DNA of 64,000 nucleotides, from contig CAJINV010000006.1 of assembly GCA_905178155.1 (NCBI GenBank), positions 1,613,876 to 1,677,875 on the forward strand. Reading direction: 5' to 3'. This stretch comes from Amoebophrya sp. A120. Taxonomy: Eukaryota; Protista; Dinoflagellata. Shown one piece after another: positions 12,001-24,000 of this stretch. A model generated the notes under the pieces. It was not told where the DNA came from, ran no database searches, and saw only the letters and a program-made list of their open reading frames with translations. The stretch's first letter is position 1, and each line of letters begins with the position of its first letter. A program made the translations under genes and the position numbers.

Positions 12001-15000
12001 CAGACCGATACGACCACGACGGGCGACTGCACAAACAGGAATCCTGCCATGAGCGAAATTGCCCGGGCGACTGCGAGCTCAGCGAGTGGCAATGGGTGGG
12101 GGAATGCAAGCGAAAGTCCAATCAAGACCCACCGCACAAAGTCCCAGGCAGCACAAATCGCTATTGCAAGAAGGAGGGAGAAGAATACTTCAAAGAAAAA
12201 AGGCGACACGTCACGAGGGAGCCTTCGGCCGGCGGCGTATGAATTGCAAAACTATCGTACTAGTATAAATCGCATGACAAATCTCCTCAGCATGAAAAAT
12301 AAAATTTGTAATGCGGATTTCACTTGAGAAAGAAATTTGTAATGCATAAACGCGATTAGTACGAGTACGATACTTTTGCACGGGATACGGCGCGGCCTGT
12401 CCCGATTCCGAGCCCTGTGACTCCATATGCAAGATGAAAAAAACTGTGTAAGTGTAACTCTGTGATGCAGAAAATGCAAAACTGTTACACTTGTCATGCT
12501 TGATCTGCGTCATAGGCTACTTTCATACGTGTTTTCACTGATACTAGCTGCGCATGACAGGTTTTCCCGGTAATGCAGCAGAGCGAATTTGTCATGCTGC
12601 TCTTCCTACAAAGTCACACTTGCGCAGTTTTTTTCCTGGATACTCCACGAACGAGAACTATTGTGACGACAAAAAACTGATTCGAGATTACTCTGTTTGT
12701 GATTACATAGACCATTGCCCGGTCAACTGCTATGGCGTTCTCTACTGTTTTTACATTCTCAACTGTTACACGAATTTGCAATGCAAGTAGGGCAAAAGTG
12801 AAAGGACGAAGACTGCGCCTTTTGCATTACAGATTTGGGCCGGATTATAGTGCTATTTAGTCCTTCGCAAGAAATCTGTCATGCGGAGCAGCTTGATCGT
12901 GAGGGATGATGATGGTGCTTCTGCATGGCAAATTCATGTAACAGTTGAGAGTGTAACGCTTGAGAACCCCATATCTGCGAGGCGGAGGAGTGGACTGATT
13001 GGTCCCCAGCTTGTCCGTATCAAGTGCAAAAATGTGTGGGTCTGGAAGAATTCATGTTTGTCATGCTTGTCTGGCATGACTCTTAAATCTGTCATGCACG
13101 TTACCCAAGAGCTCCGTTTTTCTGTGATGCAGAAGCGCAGTTTGTCATGCAGAATAGGCAACACCTAGGAGCTCAGAAACTTGTCATGCTGAGCCAGCAT
13201 TTGTAGCCTCATCATGAGACGCCACCCAGCATCACAAGTTTCCAGACCCAGACATTTTTACATTTGATTGTCCGGAGCAGTGTCCGAACCCCTCGAGAGA
13301 AATATCCTGTGTAAAAGTCTCGCACTTGTAGTAATTGCAGTCATGCGTTACAAATTTTTCACTCAAGGTAAATCCGCATTACAAATTTCATTTATCATTT
13401 CTCATTCTGAGGGAGCAACTTGTCATGCTTTTTTTATACGAGTGCGATACCTTATTTGCAATTTGATAAGAAAATCCGGACACCGACCAGCTGCCAAAGC
13501 AAACCAGGACGCGCCGGCTCAAGCCCGCGAGGCACGGCGGCGAGTGTATGGGAGTGTCAGGATTGAAATCGACAAAGTTGAAATAATTTGCAATGCGTAA
13601 AACGGATACCAGTTGGAAGCCCAGTTTCTAAGTGGCGCATGACAAATTTGGAAAGAGCCGAAATCCAGTTTTTCATGCTGTTTGGCTAAGGAAGACGCCT
13701 TTTGTGATGCTACTTTAGCAGCTGTATTTCTACCCCTCAACAGGCTTACAATCTGCCTCCCTTGCCTACTCTGCAAGACAGGCACTCTGTGTGTTGCGTT
13801 TTATGCATGAGAAATTATTTCAACTTTGTCGATTTCAAACGTGACACTTCCATAGAGTGCGCACAGGAAGTAAAAGAGACGCGGGACTGCGAGATTTGCG
13901 TGGTAGACTGCGACATGAACGAGTGGGGCTCGTTATCAAATGCAAAAATGTCTGGGTCTGTAAACTTGTAATGCTAAAAGTGAATGATAGACGCGCCGCA
14001 ATACGCAGCTATGCATGACAAATTTTGTGGCTGCCATGTCTTACGTATTCCGCATGGCAAACTGCCTTTTCGCATGACAGTTAAGAGGGCTCTTTCGTGC
14101 CTATGCAACACAGATTCCCGAGTCATGCCAGACAAGCATGACAAACTTGCATTCTTCCAGACCCAGACATTTTTACATTTCATACTCGTGGTCGGACACT
14201 TGTGCCCAGTGCTACGAAGCGGACGGTGAAAAGCCGCAGCGGAAAAGAACGCGGACAGTGAAGCAGCACAACAACAGCCACGGTAGGCAGTGCCCGGATC
14301 AGGAAGAGACCCAGCCCTGCCCGGAACCTCGAAAATGCAAAATCGACTGCGTGATGGGTCCGTGGGGCGATTGGGAAGATTGCGAGGCCAACTGCGTGAC
14401 CGAAAATGGGGAATTTCCCCAACGTATCAACTGTAAAAATGTCTGGGTCTGGAAGATTTCCAGGTTTGGCATGCGTATTTCGCATGGGCTATGATGCCTG
14501 TAATGCATGACCTAGCATGACAGATTTTTTGCGAGTATCTTGATGCCTATCCCGCATGACAAATGCCCTCTCCGCGGAGCAGAAACTGGACGCCTCTTGC
14601 TGCTCATGCAATACAGATTTTTTTAGATTCCAAAAATAGCATCACAAGTTGCATTCTTCCAGACCCAGACATTTTTGCAATCCATACAACGGAAGCGCAC
14701 CCGGGAAATCGAAACCCCACAAGCGCACGGTGGGCAACACTGTCCGCGTGACAGCAAGACCAACATTATTACAATGAAATATAGTGCCCCCTCGTGGTCC
14801 CCATATTAAAACGGAAATCTGTGGTGCAGATTTGTGGCCACAAATCAGCTTCGTGATGCTAGAAGGCAAAAGAAGATGTAGCGGACTGTAGTGTTGGCTA
14901 GCGTGGGAAAGCCTAGCATCTCCAGCATGACAGGGGGCAACTGGAAGTGGAAAACAGCATGACAACATATGCCTGCAATTCAGGCCGCAGCTGCTGTGTG

Positions 15001-18000
15001 TGTTGGCCTTATAGCAATACAAATCGACTTGCGTACTCGAATACAGCATCACAAATTTTTTCCATTTCGATATGGCGGGGAGGGGGATTTTTTCCTTTTG
15101 ATCCGCGCGGTTCTCACAGAGGAAACGAAGGATTGCCAGTCAGACCTGCCCAACTGCGATATCGACTGCAAAATGAACGAGTGGCATATGGCGTTCTCAA
15201 ACCGGTTACCTTCTCAACTGTTACATGAATTTGTCATGCAGAACTACCATCATCATCGACGCAATCAAGCTGCTTCGAATGACAAATTTTCGAATGGCTA
15301 AATAGCACCTGAATCTGTGCGAGTTTTGTAATGCTAAATGTGCAGCCTCCCCCCTTTGACTTTTGCTATTCTTGCATCACAAATTCATGTGGTTTCGTTT
15401 GGTTTAGCATCACAAATTCATGTAACAGCTGAGAATGTAACACTTGAGAACGCCATATGGCAGGATGAAGTTGAAGACGGCGACAAATGCCGTTCCCAAG
15501 ACAATCCAAAGAAGGTCGCTACCTGCAAAGAACTATTTCACGAAAAAACTGTCTCATTGTGATGATTTTGCAATACCTGCATCACAAGTTTGTTACACAT
15601 GTGACGCGGAAAACTTGCCATGCGCGCATTTCCCATAGGGGAAAGCACGGTTAAAGATTCAATGTTCTATGCAGGTGTAGCAAGACAAACACTTTGGCGC
15701 TTCGTTCTGTGCATCACAAGTTCACAGTGAAGCAGTTTTTTCCTGCGATAGAAACCGGACAAAAAGTACTACAAAGTGCAGAAGCGCACCGTGAATCGGG
15801 AACCGAGTGGGAGTGGCAAGCAGTGTCCTCCAGTGGATAGTGTGTGCAATTTGAACAATCGGGCCGCAGCAATAACCCGCATATCAAGTGCAAATATGTC
15901 TGGGTCTGGAAGTATACAAACTTGTCATGCAGGATTGCCATGCCCCAGCCCCTAGAGGTCTGCAATGCAGGATCTAGCATGACAGATTCTACAAGGTCTC
16001 CGTCATACCTGTTCTGCATGAGAAACTCCCTCTCATGGTGGTCAGAAAAGGGCAACTTTTGGTGATCTTCACGCAAGACAGATTTTTGTGTGATCCACAG
16101 GATGCATCACAGGTTCCATCTTTCCAGACCCAGACACATTTGCATTTGATAGCGCAGCAAGTGCAGCAACTACCGGATTTACCACGACTACGCCTACTGC
16201 GACACACATTTGTATGGATGTGTCAGGATCGAAATCGACAAAATCGAAAAACTTGTCATGTATAAAATGTTTAACACTGGAGGGCTGTGTTGGGGAGCAG
16301 GCAAATGAGACCGATTGTCAGAGTGTTTAGGGGTATGCAATGTGCTGCCGGACCCGGAGTAGCATGATAGGAGCAGTCCTCTTTGCCCAAACAGCATGAC
16401 AGATTGGATCTGGGTCCTCCCGAAATTTGTCATGTGCCACTTACAAACTGAAGCTCCGCCTGGTATCGTATCGATTTTATGCATTACAAATTTTTTGATT
16501 TGTGCAATTTCGATTCTGACACTTCCATGATTTACCACAATGCAAGCGAGACTGCAAGTTAGAAGACGAGTGGCAGCTTGGGAAGTGTAACTGCGTGACA
16601 CAGGATATCGTTTGTAAAAACGTCCCCACCTCCTCCCCAGAGTTGTATATGCAAATCTGCATGCTGAAAATGTTTCTCATGCGGAGACCCACCATTTTGA
16701 GAAGCAGTCTCTATTGCTGTTTTGCGATTTGTGATACTCGCATTCGCATGGTATGCGTATGCCAGATCTGTGATTTTGCTTCACTAGCTAAACACGATTT
16801 TTACATTGCAAGCCCAGATTTGTCATGCGCAACAACGACCAAAGCTGGTTGATTTATGTAGCAGATTGTACATCTTGACTCTGGGGTGGGGACGACGCTT
16901 TTGCTCAGCATAGAGGAAAGAGAATGGTGGAAGGAAATTCTCCAACATGCCAAGTACGACTATGACATTGCACAACTCCCCCCCTCCCTCCTCCTCAATC
17001 ATTTGTCATGCAAAATACCCAATCCACCCTTCGTGTCTTGGCACTGTTTGCATGACAAGTTCTTGTAGCCCAAATAGCACTACAATCCAGTGGAAATTTG
17101 TCATGCAAAACCGGCACTCTTGCTGATGATGATGATTGCCGTTCATGCTATACGAATGAGGGGGAACAAGGGGAGTTGTGCCCTGTCATAACGGCGGAAA
17201 AGAGTGCAGCACGTATGGGGATAAAGTTCGGAAAAAAGATTCGGAAAATGAGTGGCATCACGACAGGGTCTACAAAACGAACACTACTTGTTCGCAGGCG
17301 GCGCTTGACCAAGATTGCCCGAAGCAGGACTGCGAGGTTTCTGAGTGGAGAGAAGTGAAAACGTGCAAGGACGCCGCGGACTGCATCGAGGAGCACGAGC
17401 CTTCACACAGCAGAAAAAAGGTGATGAAGAAGTTCGAGCGAACGATCCTAAAACAGCCGAGGAACAACGGAACGGAATGCCCGGAGCTGGAAAAATGGGA
17501 AGAGTGCGCGGTGCAGCAGCAGGGCCAGGGGACGGGCGATCTGCCGCTCTATCAAAGTGAAAAAAGCCCCCACCCCATATCGAAAACGGAAGATGCGCGA
17601 ATTTGTGATGCTGTATTTGAGTACACAAATCAACTTGTATTGCTAGAAGGCCAGGAGACGAAGCTGCGGCCTAAATTGCAGGTAATCTGTCATGCTGTTT
17701 CCCACTTCCAGTTGCCTCCTGTCATCCTAAAACTGCAAGGCTTTCCCACGCTAGACAGCACTACAGTCCGCATCTTTTGCCTTCTAGCATCACAAAGCTG
17801 ATTTGTGACCACAAATCTGCATCACAGATTTCCGTTTTGATATGGGGAGGGGGCATTTTTCACTGTAATACGCTCTGCGCCGTCGACTGTCAGGTAGAGG
17901 AGACTTGGCGCGAAACGGACTGCTCGACAACTTGCGGCCCGGGAATATGGAACTGTCAGAATCGAAATTGACAAAGTCGAAAAATTTGTGATGCACAAAA

Positions 18001-21000
18001 TCGATGCCAGTTAGAGCCTCAGTTTCCAAGTGGCGCATGAGAAATTTCGGGAGCACCCACATCCAGTCTCTCATGCTGTTTGGGCAAAGAAGACTGCTCC
18101 TGTCATGCTACTCGGGCAGCACATTGCTTAGCCCTAAACAGGCTTGAAATCGGTCTCATTTGCCTGTTCCCCAATACAGGCCTTGCGTGCCCTACATTTT
18201 ATGCATTACAAATTTTTCGATTTTGACGATTTCGATCCTGACACTCCCATAGGGAACAAAGGACAAGTACAAGAAAATCCTGCAGCAGCCGCGGCACGAC
18301 GGGGCGAAAAATTGCACTGAAATAGAGCCCAGGGGGGAGCTGAGGCCTCAGATAAATCGGGAAAGGCTGTATCACAAGGACGGCCCGTTTCACTGTGATA
18401 ACCCAGATGACTGCGGGCGGGACTGCAAAGTTGAGGAGGGAGAGTGGAAGCAGACTCCGTGCTCCAAATCCTGCGATACAGGGCGCTTTCGTAAGTACAA
18501 GCGCATTCTGAAACGCGAATCCGGCGTGGACGCAAAGCCCTGCAGCGACTCCGGGAAGGTAATTACTGACCGGGTGTACAAGTTAAGAGCGAAGGCCAGA
18601 AACGACGACGACGACGTCGTGGAAGAATTCTCGTGCAACGAACGCGTGTGTGCGGTTGACTGTGTTTTCACACCCTGGAAGGACGACGACCGGGTGTGGG
18701 GTGGAGGGGCCGGTAAAACCACCACCCCTATCAAGAGGAAAAATCCCCCCTAAGCCATATCGAAACGAAGTTTCTGATGCTGGATTTCCGTGCACAAATC
18801 AGATTTGTCTTGCAGTAGAGGACTGCAGGCATACGTCAAGCCTCTCGACTCGAGAGGTTTTGACGTAGGCGCCTAGCATGACACACGTGCATGCTCTAAG
18901 CCCAACAGCATCTATCACAAACCGCCTGCGAAATGCAGGGGGCTCTCTGGACTTGCCTTCTTGCAAGACAGACAAGATTTGAGGTCACAAACGTGCGTCG
19001 CGAATTTTCAGAAGGATGCGTTTTCAATATGGGGAGGGGGGATTTTTCTTTACGATAACCCCTTTCCAATCCTTCGAGACGCGGCCAATCGATCTCGCCG
19101 AGTTTACGCAACAGTACCCCGATATCAACTGTAAAAATGTCTGGGTCTGGAAGAATACAACTTGTCATGCTAAATCTGAAGCATGCAAAAATCTGTGTTG
19201 CATGATTATCAAAAGTCGTCCAGTTTTGACCAGGTCGGAAGGGAGTTTCTCATGCAGAATAGGCATGAGAGAGATCGCACAGAATGTGTCATGCTAGGTC
19301 CTGCATTCGAGACCTCATGGGTGATGGAAAAGCTGCATGACAAATCGCGCATTCTTCCAGACGCAGACACTTTTGCATTTGATACCCGATCAAAGTAGTT
19401 TTAACTTTGTCGGCAGCGAGGTTTTTGGGAAATTAGACTTCGACAAAAACGAGAAACTTTCGGAAGAGGAATACCAGCGGTTCCTCGACAATCCCGGCTG
19501 CAGCGAGTTTTGCGGGCCCGATGGGAAGAAGAAGCAGATTCGCAGCGTGAAGACGCAGCCGAAGGGCAATGGGGACACGTGTGCGGAAGTAGCGCAGAAG
19601 GACCCAGAGGACGGGGAGGATTTTGAGAACTTAGAGGGTGACGACCTGTTGCGGAGAGAGGCATCCTGCAATACCTCCGACACTGTAGTTCTATGCATTG
19701 CAAAAGTATCGTACTCGTATAAATGCATTACAAATTTCCTCAGCCTGAGAAATAAAATTTGTAATGCGGATTTAGCTTAAAAACGAGACTTGTAATGCAT
19801 GTTTGCAATTACTACGATGCTTTTGCACAGGATAAGATCTCTGTCCCACCGATTGCACGGTCAGCGAGTGGACGATATGGCGTAGTTCTCAAACATTACA
19901 TTCTCGAACAATCACATGGACTTGTGATGCAAAATTACGATAAGCAGGAGCAGCTGCCCCACACGAGCAAGCTACTTCGCATGACAAATTACCGAGGGGC
20001 TATTAAACAGCATCGTAAAAATTATCCGTGCGAAGTTTGTGATGCGAGAGCTGCAAGGTTGCCCCTTTCCCTGTTGCTGTTCTTGCATTTTTTGTACGCA
20101 TTCACGCAAGAACAGCCGAGAATGTAGTGTGTGAGAACGCCATAGACCAACGACGGATGCACGAAACAGTGCGATGGGATTCACGCGAGGATGGAAAATG
20201 CGTTCCGGAAGAAAAAACGGAGAATAACGCACGTAACGGGAAAACCGCTTCATGGTGGGAAGCCGTGCAGCGCTTTTGAATTGACCAAAATCAGTAGCGA
20301 AGTCTGCAACGAGAAATGCGCGGTAGACTGCGTCCTGCACCAGTGGGAGGATTGGGGCGACTGCTCCCAGTCCTGCATCCCAAGAGACGAAGCAAATCCG
20401 GCGACTGGCACGCAAACCCGAAGTCGCAAGGTGAAAGTCGCAATGCAAAACGACGGACAACCGTGTGGCGATCTGACGGAAACCAGGGCTTGCAACCAGG
20501 TGGAATGTCCGGAACCGCGTCCCACGTGCGAACATGCGCGCGAATGGCGCACGGAACACGAGTGTCCGCCTTGCCTCCAGCATAAAGATGACGACGCGTA
20601 TGAGATACAAGTCAAAGACGTAATCACGAAACCTGCGGAGAGGAGTCCGGCAGCCTCTACGACTGAATCGCCGTCGACGACGCCCGCCGTTTCTTCGGAG
20701 AAACAAGGAGCGAATGAAAGTCCCAACCTACCAGCTCCTATCAAATGTAAAAATCTCTGGGTCTGGGACATCATAGCAACTTGTCATGCTAAATCTGAAT
20801 CATGCAAAAATCTGTGTTGCGTGATTACCAAAAGCTGTCCACTTTTGACCTAATCGAGAGGCAGTTTCCCATGCAGGATAGGCATGACGGAACTCTCACA
20901 GAATCTGTCATGCTATGGCCTTCATACCAGACCTCAAGGGTCATGGACAACCTGCGTGACAAGTCTGGCAACATTCCAGACCCAGACATATTTGCATTTG

Positions 21001-24000
21001 ATAGCTCCCCCGGACGGTGAACAAACCCCAACCCCGAAGCCACCGGCAAGTAGTACCACTACCAGCAGTACTACACCGACGATTTCCAGAACTTTTTACA
21101 GGGAGGGGCAAACCGTATGGGGAGTGGAAGACAACCGCCCCGACGCGGTGAAAAAACTTATGGTTCGAGTACTTATACCCCCGGCCGACCCGGACCACCT
21201 GTTCTTGAAGAGCGGGCACGTAGAATGTTGGAATGCGTGCGATGGAAGCAGTCTGAACAAAAAACGGGGGTTCTGCAGCAAGTGCCAAGTGCTCCACACA
21301 AAAGAGTTGGGTGATGGATTAGTTCAACGGAGCCCGCTGCCGGACGACTACACCGGAGCGTGCTGCCGGTACAACAAAAACACCCAGCGAGGCACGCCAC
21401 ACTCCTGGGACCACCACGACCCCCGCGAGTGCCGCATCCTTGGCGCGCTGAAGGGCAAGGGGCCGCAAAATTTCCTCTCGAAATTCTATTGGGACTGGGT
21501 GGACAATACCAACCGGGAGATCAACAAAGCGGGTTACATATGGATTGCAAATATCCCTGGACGTCTGGATGATTCTAAACTTGTGATGCTGTCTCTGGAT
21601 TCTAAAAAAATCTGTATTGCATGACCAGCAAGAGGACTCCAGCTTGTGCTACGCGGACGAGAGGGCATGTCTCATGCGGTAGAAGCATCACAAAGTCCTC
21701 TAAAAATCTGGGATGCTAGGGCATGCATCACAGACATCATGGGCCATTCAAAATAAGCATGACAAACTTGGCAATCTTCCAGACCCAGACATATTTGCAC
21801 TCGATATTACACGGACTACGACAATACAGAGGGGTACCACAGTTGCGTCGCGGTTCCCAAGTGGGTGCGAGACGGCACCTGCCTGAGCCCGGAAGGCGAC
21901 TGCAGTGAGGAAGGTTTGTGCGACAAGTGCAAAACGGACATTCTGACTGCGGAAAATAAACAAGGTGACCAACAGTACGCAAACCGCAAAGGCGCGTGCT
22001 GCAAAAAAGGGAAAAATTACGCCAGTGGCCATGCGTGCAACAACGTGAAAAAGAGTCCCGCTGGTGATGGTCAAGCAAAGTACCGGTTGGCGGACCTGAA
22101 GTTCAAAGACGATATCAGTGCTGAGGACGAGTTCTATGTTGCTGAGTGTGTGCTGGTCGACGACACTAGCACCGCGCCGGCGGGAACAGGTGATACTCCC
22201 ACAGAGGCCGCCGGCTTCCTCGAGGTCGAGCTTGCCGCGACAAAAAGAGAGTGCATATCGTAAGTGAAAATCCCCCCTCCCCATATCGAAAAGAAAATTT
22301 GTGATGCTGATTTGTGAGCACAAAAAAGCGTTGTCTTGCGTACAATGCAAACGGCACCCATGTGGTGCATTGTACAGCGAATCTGTCATGCGTTTTCGCC
22401 TATGTCAGACTTGTTTCTCATGCTCAGCTGCTGCTAGCCGGATGAATGCCCAGCAAATGGGCTCAGCATATAAAAATGCCGACATCAAGCTCCTGCTGCA
22501 TTGCAGCAGGAGCTTGACCTTGATGTCGGCATTTTTATATGCTGAGCCCATTTGCTGGGCATTCATCCGGCTAGCAACACAAATCCAGCAACACTGCGTC
22601 TGAGCAATACAAAGCTCATCTGTCGTGTACACAAATCCAGCAACACAAATTGTCTTTTGAATATGGGGCTGTTGGGGCTTTTTTCACTTTGATCGTGCCT
22701 CCCGCAGCAAAGAAAAATCCCGTGCGAGAATTTGGAGCTGTGTCCGAAGAACTGCACGCTCAAGCCGTGGACCGAAATATCATGAGAAAAAAGTGTATAC
22801 AATTCTGTCTTACACATTTGTAATGGACTTTCTCCATCACGAATTTTCTTCTGTGTGTGGCAGACAAACCTTGTAATGCAAAGATCATAAGGAAAAATCA
22901 AAATACGTGGGAAAGGAGGGGCGCAAGCATTTCCTGCATGACAAAGGTTGTCTGTCTTGCGGCACCTGCAACACAAACTGTAACACTTTTTTCTTGCGAT
23001 ACGAATGGGCAGATAGCCACTGCTCCGAGGATTGCGGGGGCGGTGAGCAGACCCGAACGAGGGCCATCCTGGAACCGGCAAAGTACCACGGAACGTGCTA
23101 TGAGGCCGACAGCAAGGAGCGGAAGGAAACGCGAGAGTGCAATACCGAAGACTGTCAGAACTGTGAACTGGGAGAGTGGGAAAAAAGCGGCGACTGCACC
23201 AAAACCTGTGTATCCAAGTGAAAAAGAAAAAAGCCCTCTCCACATGTTGAAAAGGAAATTTCTGTTGCTGGATTTGTGTACACAAGTCAGCTCTGTCTTG
23301 CAGTGAGGTACTACTGCAGGCAAAGCCCAGCCTGCGTAGGGGTGTTTTGGTTTAGGTGCTTAGCATAAAAGAGGCCTGCCGTGTAGGGGCAACAGCATTA
23401 CAAACCGCCTCCCTAAAGCGGCGCACTCTTTGGATTTGCCGTCTTGCAAGAGAGACAGGATTTGTGGCCACAAAGCAGCATCACAAATTTTTAGATGCGT
23501 GCCCTTTCAGTATGGGGAGGGGGGATTTTTCCTCACAATACTGCGGCGGCGGTATTCAGGAGTGGAGAAGGGATCAAGTGTATCGCAAGAAAAAAATGTT
23601 GCACTGTGAACTTGTGACGCAGAAAACGAAGCACCAAAGTGTTTGTCTTGCAGCTACACCTGCAAGACATTGGATTTTCAAGCGTGTTTTCCCTTTGAAA
23701 GCGCGCATGGCAAATTTGCCGTGTCATGTATAACAAACTTGTGATGCAGATCTTGCAAAATCAGAAAATCACCACAGTGAAACAGTTTTTTCCTGTGATA
23801 AAGTGAAAAAGCCGGGCCCGGGCGGACTACCCTGTTCCGAGGAGTATGACAACGACCACCTATGGATCTGTCAGGATTGAAATCGTCAAAGTTGAAATGA
23901 TTTGTCATGCATATAAATGCAAGGCATGAAGTGCCTGTCTTGACGGGATGGCAGAGCCGATCCACAACGAACGAACGGGATGGCAAGTGAGGCAGATTGT

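Noticed and set aside
18370-18400. Mini inverted repeat TATCACA...TGTGATA resembling a tiny introner
   Set aside because: There is no flanking direct repeat (GGCTG/ACCCA), and it reads through in frame as YHKDGPFHCD, including a Cys of the repeat.
22301-22632. Mirror-image ORFs on both strands (ASRMNAQQMGSAYKNADIK)
   Set aside because: They result from the palindromic foldback element.
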